From: Bacillota bacterium | Lineage (GTDB): Bacteria > Bacillota > UBA4882 > UBA8346 | NCBI GenBank assembly: GCA_012728785.1 | Contig: JAAYEK010000151.1 | Location: 3,096-67,095 of the forward strand | Length of the DNA: 64,000 bases | Direction of reading: 5' to 3' | Part shown: positions 1-9,808 of the stretch, one piece after another | Position numbering within the stretch: the first letter of the stretch is position 1 | Layout of the letters: every line of letters starts with the position of its first letter | The notes under the pieces: model-generated | Told to the model about the DNA's origin: nothing | What the model saw: only the letters and a program-made list of their open reading frames with translations | Databases searched by the model: none | Position numbers and translations under genes: made by a program

Positions 1-1
1 C

Positions 2-190
2 ACCTGTCTTTATGGCACAGTACGCTTTTTTGGCGTGGCTACCGGACCTCCTATATTCGGATTAGCCGAAAAACTAACCAAACCGCCGATTTTATATAGC
101 GTCGCCGGGATTTGTATCCTGCTCGGGATCCTTTTTTGGTTTTTAGTCAAACCGGCCCAAATAATCCCTAAAGACATTCAAGGACAATAA
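2..190 (+). CDS. MFS transporter, C-terminal fragment (runs off window start)
   Basis: Frame 2 reads TCLYGTVRFFGVATGPPIFG...ILYSVAGICILLGILFWFLVKP...*; resembles the last two TM helices of MFS efflux permeases. Confidence 0.65.
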   Translation, partial: TCLYGTVRFFGVATGPPIFGLAEKLTKPPILYSVAGICILLGILFWFLVKPAQIIPKDIQGQ

Positions 191-228
191 CCTAAGAACA
201 AGAGAGAGCCTCTATTTAAAGCACACTG

Positions 229-1053
229 TCACCGCTCTTTTATTTGATATCGATCGAGCCGACGATGGGCTAATAAGGGCAGGTTTTTTCTTACTTGGGA
301 TACTTGATCCGTTTCAACTGATACTACCGCCACTTCCGCCCCAAATCCGGCTTTCCAAATCAATTCCCCCCAGGGATCGACTATTAAAGAATGACCATAG
401 GCAACATACCCGGCATTTTCATCTCGGGCCGGACTGATCCCTACCATATAAATCTGATTGTCAATAGCCCTAGTTTTAAATAAGGTTTCCCAATGGGCTG
501 GTCCGGTAGTCATATTAAAAGCCGCCGGCACAAAAGCCCCGATTATTCCTCTTTCAATCATTAACCGAAATAGTTCCGGAAACCTCAAATCATAACAAAT
601 TACAGTCCCAAAATTTCCAAATTCCGTACCAAAAGTAGTAATCTCATCCCCCGGCGTTAAAACCGCTGATTCGCAAAACTCAATCCGATCCTTAATTGCA
701 ATATCAAAAAGATGCATCTTTCGATGTTTTGCCAGCAGTTGGCCCCGAGGGTCAAAGATCATGGAGGTGTTATAAATTTTGGTGCCATCTCTTTCCGGAA
801 CCGAACCCCCGATCAAGTAAGCACCTGTTTTACCAGCCATTTTACTGAGAAAAACCCTTGTCTCTCCGCTTTCGATTTCCTCGGCAAAAAGCGGGAATAG
901 TCCTTGTTGATAAGGACAATTAAACATTTCCGGTAATGCAATTAGGTTAGCCCCTTTTTCGGCGGCTTCCAAGATCATTCCCTCAGCACGGCGCAAATTA
1001 TCCGATTTGTTCCCCGATACCAGCATTTGAACAATACCAATTTTGATAATCAT
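229..1053 (-). CDS. Carbon-nitrogen hydrolase / nitrilase family (omega-amidase Nit2-like)
   Basis: LPEMF, KHRKMHLFD and ICYDLRFPE give the E-K-C triad; also AAFNMTTGPAHW. ATG at 1053 chosen for its AAGGTGA RBS. Confidence 0.9.
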   Translation of the reverse strand: MIIKIGIVQMLVSGNKSDNLRRAEGMILEAAEKGANLIALPEMFNCPYQQGLFPLFAEEIESGETRVFLSKMAGKTGAYLIGGSVPERDGTKIYNTSMIFDPRGQLLAKHRKMHLFDIAIKDRIEFCESAVLTPGDEITTFGTEFGNFGTVICYDLRFPELFRLMIERGIIGAFVPAAFNMTTGPAHWETLFKTRAIDNQIYMVGISPARDENAGYVAYGHSLIVDPWGELIWKAGFGAEVAVVSVETDQVSQVRKNLPLLAHRRLDRYQIKER

Positions 1054-1287
1054 TGAATCACCTTGTTTCATAAAATCTATCCTATTCAGCTTATCAAATG
1101 CAGAAGCACTAATAATAGTAATGATTTTATTAATACCTTTCGGTCTAACCAGTAATAATCCTGTTACTTCATCTATTTTTAACTGATTATATTGTTAACT
1201 TACTAAGATACTTTAGATCATGCCAAACATCGACTCCTGTTTAAACTTTATAACCATATAATTTGATAACTTGTAAACAGAGCATTA

Positions 1288-1328
1288 AAAATCCATCCGA
1301 ATTAGTAAAAAATTCTGATGGATTATTT
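1288..1328 (-). terminator. Probable intrinsic terminator after spoIIR
   Basis: Imperfect inverted repeat aatccatc...gatggatt with a T run on the minus strand. Confidence 0.45.
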
Positions 1329-1379
1329 AATCAACAACTTTTAATAATTATTTTAACGCCTAACGGAAAATCTTCCCCC

Positions 1380-2018
1380 CTAAATTAACCCAAAAAACCG
1401 GCCCCACTCTTTCCAGAAACTATTTAACGACAAATCTTTTCCTTTGATTAACTCTTCTAAGATTGCCAGTCTATATTCAACCTCTTGAGGAGGTTCAGCC
1501 TGACTGCTCTTAAAGGTGGGAGCATCCGGATCTAGTAAGCATAAGGGCGGATACAATACACACCACCAATTTTTACCTTCCCCACTGCCGAGGATTACTT
1601 TTAACCCTTTATACTCCCCAGCCGGCAATTGGCCAAATGGGTAAGCTATTTCAGGGAAAGTGAATTGTTCCAAACTTACCTTTACATCCATGTCAAGACC
1701 GTTTGCCTGGATTATTTGGCGTGCTGTTTTTTCAAATAACGGCAGTTTGCTTCTTAAAATCCGCTCTGCTTCTACCGGATGCTCTATCTTTATTAACAAC
1801 GGCTCAGTAATTTCAATGATTTTATCTCTCACTTTCAACTTTAACTGTTGAGCTTCGGGCGAATTTCCATCGGCCACCACATGGAGGCGGATTAAATTAT
1901 TACGGTTATAGGTTTCAATAAACGGCTCCACAATCCGGGCAAATCCCGAACCTAAACAGCCAATGATCCCAAAGATTATCACTAATAGACAAATAACTGC
2001 TAATCGGTATCGAAACAA
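1380..2018 (-). CDS. spoIIR: Stage II sporulation protein R
   Basis: Signal peptide, LIRLHVVA, LKLKVRD, FPEIAY...LPAGEY, GEGKNWWCVLYPPLC. Confidence 0.93.
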   Translation of the reverse strand: MFRYRLAVICLLVIIFGIIGCLGSGFARIVEPFIETYNRNNLIRLHVVADGNSPEAQQLKLKVRDKIIEITEPLLIKIEHPVEAERILRSKLPLFEKTARQIIQANGLDMDVKVSLEQFTFPEIAYPFGQLPAGEYKGLKVILGSGEGKNWWCVLYPPLCLLDPDAPTFKSSQAEPPQEVEYRLAILEELIKGKDLSLNSFWKEWGRFFGLI

Positions 2019-2032
2019 TTCGCCGGTCCCTC

Positions 2033-2830
2033 CTATTGCTCAAGCTCATTATTTTCAGAAATATAACGTTTCATGTGTTTGAGAGCGCTTTTTTCAAGCC
2101 GGGAGACTTGAGCTTGAGAGATCCCGATTTCATCGGCAACCTCCATTTGGGTTCTTCCTTCAAAAAACCTCATTTTTAAAATCATTTTTTCTCGATCATT
2201 CAATTTGGCCATAGCTTCCTTGATAGTTAAACCTTCTAACCATTGACCATCCAAATGACGTTCGTCGCTGATTTGGTCCATAACAAAAATTGGATCGCCA
2301 CCATCATGATAAATCGGTTCAAAAAGGGATAATGGCTCCTGAATCGCATCCAGCGCAAAGACCACCTCTTCCCTGGGCACTTTCAACTCATCGGCAATCT
2401 CTGCTACTGTTGGTTCTTTGGAGTTTTTATTCACCAAGGCATCCCTGACTTGCAATGCTTTATAGGCAATATCCCGTAAAGAGCGGCTGACCCTTAAGGG
2501 GTTGTTATCCCTGAGATAACGCCTAATTTCGCCAATGATCATCGGTACGGCATAGGTGGAGAATTTTACATTTTGGGAAAGATCAAAATTATCGATGGCT
2601 TTCATGAGACCGATGCAACCCACTTGAAACAAATCATCCACATACTCACCCCGGTTATTGAAACGTTGGATTACGCTAAGTACCAGTCTTAAATTACCTT
2701 GAATCAATTCTTCCCGGGCGGACAGTTCTCCAGATTGCAGTTTTTGAAGCAGTTCTCTCATCTTACTACTTGTTAAAACCGGAAGTTTCGCGGTATTGAC
2801 ACCGCAAATCTCAACTTTATTCACTAACAT
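2033..2830 (-). CDS. sigG: Sporulation sigma factor G
   Basis: N-terminus NKVEICGVNTAKLPVL; also DDLFQVGCIGL and FEPIYHDGGD. Confidence 0.97.
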   Translation of the reverse strand: MLVNKVEICGVNTAKLPVLTSSKMRELLQKLQSGELSAREELIQGNLRLVLSVIQRFNNRGEYVDDLFQVGCIGLMKAIDNFDLSQNVKFSTYAVPMIIGEIRRYLRDNNPLRVSRSLRDIAYKALQVRDALVNKNSKEPTVAEIADELKVPREEVVFALDAIQEPLSLFEPIYHDGGDPIFVMDQISDERHLDGQWLEGLTIKEAMAKLNDREKMILKMRFFEGRTQMEVADEIGISQAQVSRLEKSALKHMKRYISENNELEQ

Positions 2831-2875
2831 CCAGTTATTTCACTCCCGTTTCTCTCTTGGCGCGCGTCTAAGATT

Positions 2876-2905
2876 GATTATTGCCAAGGGGATCGGTATT
2901 TATAC
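2876..2905 (-). promoter_or_regulatory. SigF/SigG-type promoter of sigG
   Basis: Minus strand GTATA-N15-GGCAATAAT matches the SigF consensus GYATA-15-GGnnAnAHT. Confidence 0.75.
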
Positions 2906-2970
2906 CCGTGTTATATGGTTTACTGATGTTAGCCCTTTTAAACTTGGTTTTTGATACTTGCCCAAAAAAT

Positions 2971-2999
2971 AACAAACCCCAGTTCAATAAGGGTTTGTT
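2971..2999 (-). terminator. Intrinsic terminator after the DJ-1/PfpI gene
   Basis: aacaaaccc...gggtttgtt stem followed by a T-rich tail on the minus strand. Confidence 0.65.
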
Positions 3000-3061
3000 T
3001 AATAATAGCAATCTTTATAATTTTAGCCACTTAATTACCTATTTTTGATAATTAGTTTTAC

Positions 3062-3571
3062 TCAAGCTAACATTGATGCCAATTTGTTTCCGAAAGCTTC
3101 AGCTGCTTCGGGCCCGGACCCGGTGATCAGACCACCTTCAACTTCAACTAAAGCGCCGGTATAGATGGCCCCGTTACTCTCCAGTTCCTTGATACCGTCC
3201 GGAAAAACAGTTGCCTTTTTTCCCTTGAGTAATCCGGCCCTGGCTAGGATAACCGGGGCGATGCATATTGCGCCAATAATTTTACCTTGATCATAAACTT
3301 TTTCGGCTAAATGATGAGCATCCCGATCTCCAAAGTATTGAGAACTACCTCCCCCTCCGACAAATATTAAGCCATCAATTGCTCCGTTATTAATCTCAGT
3401 AATCAAATTATCGGGTTTTACCTTCATCCCTAGTTTACCAACGGCCTCGTTCAAGGTGGTTGAAACCGTTATAACCCTGTGCCCATTCTTCTCCATTATT
3501 TCCTTAGGAATTTGATATTCCTCATCTCTAAAGTCTTTTTCCGCAATAACAAATGCTACCGTTTTCCCCAT
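3062..3571 (-). CDS. DJ-1/PfpI family protein
   Basis: FRDEEY, FVGGGG, nucleophile motif GAICIAP, LKGKKAT; ATG at 3571 has an AGGTGA RBS. Confidence 0.9.
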   Translation of the reverse strand: MGKTVAFVIAEKDFRDEEYQIPKEIMEKNGHRVITVSTTLNEAVGKLGMKVKPDNLITEINNGAIDGLIFVGGGGSSQYFGDRDAHHLAEKVYDQGKIIGAICIAPVILARAGLLKGKKATVFPDGIKELESNGAIYTGALVEVEGGLITGSGPEAAEAFGNKLASMLA

Positions 3572-3601
3572 AGCGATCACCTCTTTCTTCAATCATTCTT
3601 T

Positions 3602-3630
3602 AGTTCGAGAATTACCGTAAAAATCCTTTT
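3602..3630 (-). promoter_or_regulatory. SigH-like promoter of the DJ-1/PfpI gene
   Basis: Minus strand AAAGGATTT-N11-CTCGAACT versus consensus RNAGGAWWW-11/12-RNNGAAT. Confidence 0.55.
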
Positions 3631-3633
3631 CTT

Positions 3634-4365
3634 CTAATCTAATCTCTTAATCTCTTTTTTCAATTTTTTGATGATTCGCTTTTCCAGACGAGAAATATAC
3701 GACTGCGATATTCCCAATAGGTCAGCTACTTCTTTTTGGGTTTTTTCACTACCGCCCCTTAAACCGAAACGCAATTGCACAATGACCTTTTCCCGTTCGG
3801 TAAGATGCTCCATAGCTGAATCCAATAAATTTTTATCGATCTCCTCTTCCACATATTTATAGGTAGAATCATTTTCACTGCCTAATACATCCGACAAAAG
3901 CAATTCATTACCATCCCAGTCGATATTTAAAGGTTCGTCAAAAGATACTTCAGCTCTTATTTTATTATTGCGCCGTAAATACATTAATATTTCATTTTCA
4001 ATGCATCGGGATGCATAAGTTGCCAACTTAATCTTCTTGCTCGGATCAAAAGTGTTGACCGCTTTGATTAAACCAATCGTACCAATAGAAACCAGATCTT
4101 CAATACCAACCCCACTGTTCTCAAATTTGCGGGCAATATAAACCACCAACCTTAAATTACGCTCGATTAAGACGGATTTGACCGTTTTATCCCCGGCTTC
4201 CAGCTTTTCTAATAAAAATAGTTCTTCATCATTGGTTAAAGGAGGTGGGAGGGCTTCGCTGCTTCCAATGTAAGCAACAATCTCCGGAGTGATCCTTATT
4301 TTCTCCATTATCTTGAACAAACCCAGCCTAAAATTCCACAACCATCTCTTCCACCAAATTAGCAT
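3634..4365 (-). CDS. sigE: Sporulation sigma factor E (pro-SigE)
   Basis: Basic pro-sequence then [41 protein letters not shown]. Confidence 0.97.
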   Translation of the reverse strand: MLIWWKRWLWNFRLGLFKIMEKIRITPEIVAYIGSSEALPPPLTNDEELFLLEKLEAGDKTVKSVLIERNLRLVVYIARKFENSGVGIEDLVSIGTIGLIKAVNTFDPSKKIKLATYASRCIENEILMYLRRNNKIRAEVSFDEPLNIDWDGNELLLSDVLGSENDSTYKYVEEEIDKNLLDSAMEHLTEREKVIVQLRFGLRGGSEKTQKEVADLLGISQSYISRLEKRIIKKLKKEIKRLD

Positions 4366-4422
4366 TAGTTTCTCTCCTTTTGCTAAATATTCTTCTAAAC
4401 CTCTACTAAAGCCTATTTTTTC

Positions 4423-5325
4423 CTAGCTATTCAATACCGTCGGTGGTATTAAAGCCTGAAAAGCCCCTTCCGGAGATAAGGAACGTTTACAAATACCGAC
4501 CACAACCTGATTATGGATGATGGCCCTCTTTTTTTGCCATACTTTCAATGAATCCGGCCGAAACCCAATTAAAATACCATGTTCTTTTCCGATACTTTTG
4601 AAAGGCAATACCCGGATTCTATCTTCCCAAACATTAGGCAGTTTCCAATCAAGATTTAACTCACCGGTCTGCATTTTTTCGATTAACTCAATTATTTCAA
4701 CAGGTAGCAACTTTTTGACTTGACCAAATTCAATTATTATAACCGGAACCTTAGTTAAAGGGTCATGCAACCGGTTTCCTGTATCTAATAAAGCGTTTAA
4801 ATTTAATTCGTTACCGTCCCAATTGATCTGAATCGGATAAAGACAAATTTGATCCCAAAATTTACGATGAACTACTCCCCAACCAAGTTCTCCTAAAACC
4901 AAGATTAGGGTTATATGACCCCAAAAACGCCACCAAAAATTAATCTGGCTTTGAAAATAGCGCCGATTAATACTGTCCAATCCCCAATGGATTCCGGATA
5001 ACAAAAAAGAAAGTAGATAAAAGTAACCAAATAGCTTAAGTGTTCTTTTAACATTAACCGTAAAGAAAGCTAAACCAATCATTATTACTGGAACTAATAA
5101 ACTAAATACGATTGGTGAAACAATCCAACGATGTACTACTCCTCCCGAAGCCTGATTTACTAAAATTAGAAATTGAAAGATCCCACCAATAGCTCCGCCC
5201 AAAATTATCCGGGGCCATTTAGTCTTAGCCACACCGATTTGCCCAACCATCCATAACAGCACCGCATCTTCAATCCAACCCAACAATCCGCCTAGGATGG
5301 GCACATCCAAGTATACCCTTAACAT
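4423..5325 (-). CDS. spoIIGA: Pro-SigE processing aspartic protease
   Basis: VYLDV start, TM helices, ALLDTGNRLHDP, IRVLPFKSIG; directly upstream of sigE. Confidence 0.93.
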   Translation of the reverse strand: MLRVYLDVPILGGLLGWIEDAVLLWMVGQIGVAKTKWPRIILGGAIGGIFQFLILVNQASGGVVHRWIVSPIVFSLLVPVIMIGLAFFTVNVKRTLKLFGYFYLLSFLLSGIHWGLDSINRRYFQSQINFWWRFWGHITLILVLGELGWGVVHRKFWDQICLYPIQINWDGNELNLNALLDTGNRLHDPLTKVPVIIIEFGQVKKLLPVEIIELIEKMQTGELNLDWKLPNVWEDRIRVLPFKSIGKEHGILIGFRPDSLKVWQKKRAIIHNQVVVGICKRSLSPEGAFQALIPPTVLNS

Positions 5326-5448
5326 TTGAACTCAACCCCTATATTGATTTTACAGTCATCAGGTTGATTTTCCTCTATAAATCGTTTCCTAAAATCACCG
5401 TAATTAGCTTCTTTTTCCTCTTTTTTAACGAAAAGCCGTAAAATGAGG

Positions 5449-5482
5449 AAAAGCGCCCAGAGCACGGGTCTGAACGCTTTTT
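5449..5482 (-). terminator. Intrinsic terminator after ftsZ
   Basis: aaaagcgcccaga...tctgaacgctttt hairpin with A/T flanks. Confidence 0.6.
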
Positions 5483-5505
5483 GTATACTATTATTCTAGA
5501 TCTAC

Positions 5506-6549
5506 TTATTTTTTTCTCAAGAATGGAGGAATATCCAGTTCATCATTGACAAAAGGTCTAATTTCCAAGTCATCCAAACCCATCCGTTTGGACCGCTTTT
5601 GTTCAAAACCGGTGGCGATTACGGTAACCCTTATTTCTTCCCCTAAAGATTCATCAATTACAGCGCCGAATATAATATTGGCGTCAGGATCAACAGCATC
5701 GGTAATAATTGCCGCCGCTTCATTCACATCGGACAAGGTCAAATTACTGCTTCCAGTGATATTTAACAATACCCCTTTGGAACCTTCAATCGAGGTCTCA
5801 AGTAAAGCGCTGTTAATTGCGCTTTTCGCTGCCTGGACCGCCCGATCCTCTCCTTTAGCCAGACCAATTCCCATTAAAGCCGATCCGGCAGTGCTCATTA
5901 TGGTTTTTACGTCCGCGAAATCCACATTAATCAGTCCGGTGATGGTTATCAAGTCCGAGATACCTTGAACCCCTTGACGCAAAACATCGTCCGCCATTCG
6001 AAAAGCTTCAACAATGGAGGTGTTTTTATCGACAATTTGCAACAACCGTTCATTAGGAATAGTAATTAAGGTATCGACATTCTCTTTAAGAGTAGCGACG
6101 CCTTTTTCAGCTTGATTTTGACGAATCCGACCCTCAAATATAAATGGTTTCGTTACCACTCCAACTGTTAATGCTCCTAATTCCCGAGCCATTTGCGCAA
6201 TAACCGGCGCAGCGCCGGTCCCAGTGCCTCCACCCATACCGGCGGTTATAAATATCATGTCTGCGCCTTGTAAAACTCCGAGTATTTCATCTTTGCTTTC
6301 GAGAGCGGCTCTTTGTCCGATTTCAGGATTAGCACCAGCGCCTAATCCCTTAGTAAGCGCATCACCGATGCGTAATCGAATGTCGGCGTTAGATCGGTTT
6401 AGCGCCTGACCGTCAGTATTAATAGCTATAAACTCAACTCCTTGAATTTTAGCCTCAATCATCCTATTGACCGCATTGGTACCCCCGCCACCAACACCTA
6501 TTACTTTAAGAGATGCAAATTGGTGATTTGCAACATCAAATTCAAGCAT
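5506..6549 (-). CDS. ftsZ: Cell division protein FtsZ
   Basis: [31 protein letters not shown]-terminal [10 protein letters not shown]. Confidence 0.99.
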   Translation of the reverse strand: MLEFDVANHQFASLKVIGVGGGGTNAVNRMIEAKIQGVEFIAINTDGQALNRSNADIRLRIGDALTKGLGAGANPEIGQRAALESKDEILGVLQGADMIFITAGMGGGTGTGAAPVIAQMARELGALTVGVVTKPFIFEGRIRQNQAEKGVATLKENVDTLITIPNERLLQIVDKNTSIVEAFRMADDVLRQGVQGISDLITITGLINVDFADVKTIMSTAGSALMGIGLAKGEDRAVQAAKSAINSALLETSIEGSKGVLLNITGSSNLTLSDVNEAAAIITDAVDPDANIIFGAVIDESLGEEIRVTVIATGFEQKRSKRMGLDDLEIRPFVNDELDIPPFLRKK

Positions 6550-6651
6550 CTAATGGGTTCCTCCAAGTCTGTATCAAAATAACTCCTACTAAAAAAGAAG
6601 CCTTAAAAGTAGACACTAGTGAAGATAGTTTAGGTCTCTTTAAATAAATAT

Positions 6652-6680
6652 AAGTTCTGCATTAAAAAAGATTAACCTGC
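6652..6680 (-). promoter_or_regulatory. SigH-like promoter upstream of ftsZ
   Basis: Minus strand GCAGGTTAA-N11-GCAGAACT; ftsAZ has a SigH promoter in B. subtilis. Confidence 0.5.
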
Positions 6681-6700
6681 CAAATAATGAAATTTTTTTC

Positions 6701-7462
6701 TTACTTCTTTAATGATCTAGAGGTAATTACCGTAGGAAGGTCAGCTACTCGTAAATCGATTTGTTCAATTTTTCCCGTAAAATCATCGGAAAGCAGGATC
6801 GACCGCAGATTAGTAATTTTCTCCTCCAACCGTTCGCCACTTCCCAAGTCCACTTTGACTGAACGATGATATCCGGGCAGATTCAAATAAAGTCGAAATT
6901 TGTTCAGATCAATCTCGCTAATTACTTGATGAAGATAATCATCGGAATATCTTAAAATACCGAGGACTGATTGAAATTCCGAATTCGTTACCTTTTCACC
7001 ATATTGAACCGTTTTAAACCTTCCTCCAGTTACCACCGGCAATTCAACAACCTCGACCTCTTCTTGGATCCCCATCACCAAACCGTCATCTCCGATGATT
7101 AATAAATTATTCAAGTAAGACAATAGACAGATCGGAATACGTTCTTGAATACTAATAATAATCTTACCCGGTAATTGCCGGTTAATTTTTACCGAAGCAA
7201 CACGATAGTCTTGCAGAATTAAAGACCTTAACTCATCATTATTAATTTGAAATATATTACGGGCCGAATTTAAACCGGCATTTAAAATTATATCTTCCGA
7301 AGGTATCTCTTGATTACCTTTTATTTCAACGGATTTAACAGCGAATAACTTGGAATTCAAGAGGATCAGACATATTAAAAACACTAATAAAGCCCCAAAA
7401 ATAATTTCGAATTGCGGTACTCTTTTTTGTTGATAATTTTTGTTTTGATAATTAGTCCCCAT
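6701..7462 (-). CDS. divIB: Cell division protein FtsQ/DivIB
   Basis: Single TM, POTRA segment (FAVKSVEIKGN...RQLPGKIIISIQER), C-terminal IDLR. Confidence 0.88.
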   Translation of the reverse strand: MGTNYQNKNYQQKRVPQFEIIFGALLVFLICLILLNSKLFAVKSVEIKGNQEIPSEDIILNAGLNSARNIFQINNDELRSLILQDYRVASVKINRQLPGKIIISIQERIPICLLSYLNNLLIIGDDGLVMGIQEEVEVVELPVVTGGRFKTVQYGEKVTNSEFQSVLGILRYSDDYLHQVISEIDLNKFRLYLNLPGYHRSVKVDLGSGERLEEKITNLRSILLSDDFTGKIEQIDLRVADLPTVITSRSLKK

Positions 7463-7491
7463 TAGTTTAAAACCGTACCTTTCGGCACGGC

Positions 7492-8031
7492 TTAACCCCT
7501 TTTATAGATTCCCAAAATTAGTTGTACTTCACCACGGCCCGTCCCTAACTGTTTAGCAATCTCCTCAATGGCTAAACCATCTTTCCATAATTGTAGAATC
7601 CGGTTGTGCCTCGGATCAATGATCTCATGGGGCTGAAACATCGGTATTGTATCCAGAGGTTCTTGTTGATCAAACTCCAGATCATCCGAAAAAGCTTGAT
7701 TAAAGTTCTGCTCTTCAGATTCCTCTTTCTTTAACCCCTCAGTTTCGATGAAATCTTCATCCGGTAGTTCATTTGGCTTTTCAACGAGATTTTCGGTCTT
7801 TGTTTCATTTTCAAACGGTTCATCATTGGGTTTTTTTATATCGGTTTGTAAAACTTCATCGGCCACTTCTTCAAACTCCTCCATTATGGCCGCCACTAAA
7901 TTTTCCAGTTCATAGATTTCCTTACGCACATTTTCGATGGTTTTCGAGATTGAGCGTTTATGGAGGATATGGAGAATATAAATGACAAAGCAATTAATAC
8001 AAAGCGATATTAAAATTTCTCCACCATTCAC
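7492..8031 (-). CDS. SwrB/DUF2802-like membrane protein at the end of the fla/che operon
   Basis: N-terminal TM, acidic linker, C-terminal HTH GLAIEEIAKQLGTGRGEVQLIL; GTG at 8031 is more plausible than the overlapping longer ORF. Confidence 0.7.
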   Translation of the reverse strand: MNGGEILISLCINCFVIYILHILHKRSISKTIENVRKEIYELENLVAAIMEEFEEVADEVLQTDIKKPNDEPFENETKTENLVEKPNELPDEDFIETEGLKKEESEEQNFNQAFSDDLEFDQQEPLDTIPMFQPHEIIDPRHNRILQLWKDGLAIEEIAKQLGTGRGEVQLILGIYKRG

Positions 8032-8050
8032 CCGCCACGCCCCCGTTTTG

Positions 8051-8380
8051 TTATATTTTAATATCGATAATATTGCCCCGTTTCTTATCGGATACTTCTT
8101 CGGTATCCTTTTCTTTCCGTTTCTTATCGGAACCAAAACGGCGGTATTTACGGCCTTTATGCCCCCCCGATTGTTGATCATCACGGATTCGGTTGCTATT
8201 TGCCGAAGCTTCATTCTGTTGTACTTGTTCCCGACGAAGCTGTGATTCCTGAACCATTTGTTTTGCTATTTCCTGTTGTTGGGTTACGTAACGGGTATTA
8301 TTAACATGTTGGATCTTTTGAAGGTCCACTGAACGAGGCATAATCGTTTGCAGATCAACAGGTTTAAGCATCACAATCAC
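8051..8380 (-). CDS. Hypothetical flagellar-operon protein
   Basis: KPVDLQTIMPRS N-terminus and GNIIDIKI C-terminus; tightly packed after fapA. Confidence 0.7.
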   Translation of the reverse strand: MIVMLKPVDLQTIMPRSVDLQKIQHVNNTRYVTQQQEIAKQMVQESQLRREQVQQNEASANSNRIRDDQQSGGHKGRKYRRFGSDKKRKEKDTEEVSDKKRGNIIDIKI

Positions 8381-8387
8381 CTGCTTT

Positions 8388-9806
8388 TTAGCGGTAGGGT
8401 TGGATCTGAATCTCTCCTTCGTTGTAAACTAAAACCGCATATTTAATCTCATCTTGAATCATGATAGTCGTCTTTCCCATCGTGACTCGGACACCGGGAA
8501 AAATAATATCTTTGACCTTAATTTTCCCTTTTTCTTTTGATTTGACAAAGATCTCCTCCATTAATTCCTGGCGGTTGGTTTCTGCCTCATTAATTTGCGC
8601 TTTTAAAGCGTATGACGTTTTAATCAAGTTTTGAAGCATTACTTTACGATCATCAGGTAGATTAGGCATTTTACTCAATAACGAAATCGCTTTTTCCGCT
8701 TTATCCAAACTGTCTCGATTCTGTTTGAGCTGTTCCTCAAGTTCTTGTGTTTTTAGTTTCAGTTTCGGCTTAACCCCAACCTCTAATTCGGTAAGAGTAC
8801 CTAACCTAGAACCAATACTTTTTGCTGATATCTCTTCTCCGGAACGAATCAAACCTCCTACGATCAGTCCTTTTCCTCCCTCACAAACTACTTTATCATC
8901 AGCATTAACCTGACAATGCATAATTGCTTCCCTAACTGTAATATTACCTTCACAATTGACGATAGCATGTTCAATATATTTTGCGGAAAAATCACCGCCA
9001 CAATTAATCTCTCCTTTATCCATTCCGGAAATTCCGCCTTTGATAAATAAGTTACCTCCAGCCTTAATATCCGCAGAATCCACATTCCCAAAAATAGTAA
9101 CATCACCTTCGGCCTCGATCTTGAAACCGCTTTCCACATTTCCTTGAATAATAACACTACCTAAAAAACTAACATTACCGGACTGAAAATTAACATCGCC
9201 TTTAATTTCATGTATTTCATGGACACTGACTTTATTATTGGCCAAGGTGGGCTCACCATTAATAGTCGAAACTATTGCCAAATTATCCTCGGTCCAGGCT
9301 ACATTTTTTCCCAGTTTTACTTGTTTATCTTTACCGGGCATCGCCTTGACTTCTTCTCCCTTAACATTACAACCTGGTTCTCCAGGAGTGGCCGGTATTT
9401 TTTCAGCAATCTTCTGTCCTATGGTGACATTTTGAAGGTTCTGGACTTGACGGTAATCAATCCGACCAAATTCGTCCTCAGCAAAAGCCTTTCGGAAAAC
9501 CCCCGTCTCAAAAAAATAATTAATCTCCGCATCTATTCCATTTACCGGAGCTCTTCCATTAGCAATGCGGGTTGGTTTTAACTGTTGTTTATTAACTGCT
9601 TCATTAAGGGCATCATTATCAACACCGTAAATAATATTTTCGGCGCTAATCACCCTTAGCGCATCTTCCTTAGATGGCCACTTTCCTTCACCAGTGGGAG
9701 GTTCAATAATCAGATAAGCTTCCATTAGATCATTGGAAACTTGTATTCTAAAAAAACCGTCCTTATCAGGTAGTTTATTTGTAGTAGTGGGATTAGAATC
9801 AATCAT
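8388..9806 (-). CDS. fapA: FapA/DUF342 family flagellar assembly protein
   Basis: VSNDLMEAYL, IANGRAPVNG, GRIDYR, GDVNFQSGNVSFLGSV beta-helix repeats, IFPGVRV. Confidence 0.88.
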   Translation of the reverse strand: MIDSNPTTTNKLPDKDGFFRIQVSNDLMEAYLIIEPPTGEGKWPSKEDALRVISAENIIYGVDNDALNEAVNKQQLKPTRIANGRAPVNGIDAEINYFFETGVFRKAFAEDEFGRIDYRQVQNLQNVTIGQKIAEKIPATPGEPGCNVKGEEVKAMPGKDKQVKLGKNVAWTEDNLAIVSTINGEPTLANNKVSVHEIHEIKGDVNFQSGNVSFLGSVIIQGNVESGFKIEAEGDVTIFGNVDSADIKAGGNLFIKGGISGMDKGEINCGGDFSAKYIEHAIVNCEGNITVREAIMHCQVNADDKVVCEGGKGLIVGGLIRSGEEISAKSIGSRLGTLTELEVGVKPKLKLKTQELEEQLKQNRDSLDKAEKAISLLSKMPNLPDDRKVMLQNLIKTSYALKAQINEAETNRQELMEEIFVKSKEKGKIKVKDIIFPGVRVTMGKTTIMIQDEIKYAVLVYNEGEIQIQPYR

Positions 9807-9808
9807 CC

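Noticed and set aside
8032..8214. Long N-terminal extension of ORF 7492..8214 (likewise the extensions of flbD, the HAD gene, the racemase and the methyltransferase)
   Set aside because: They overlap upstream genes or promoters; downstream starts have better RBSs and match family N-termini
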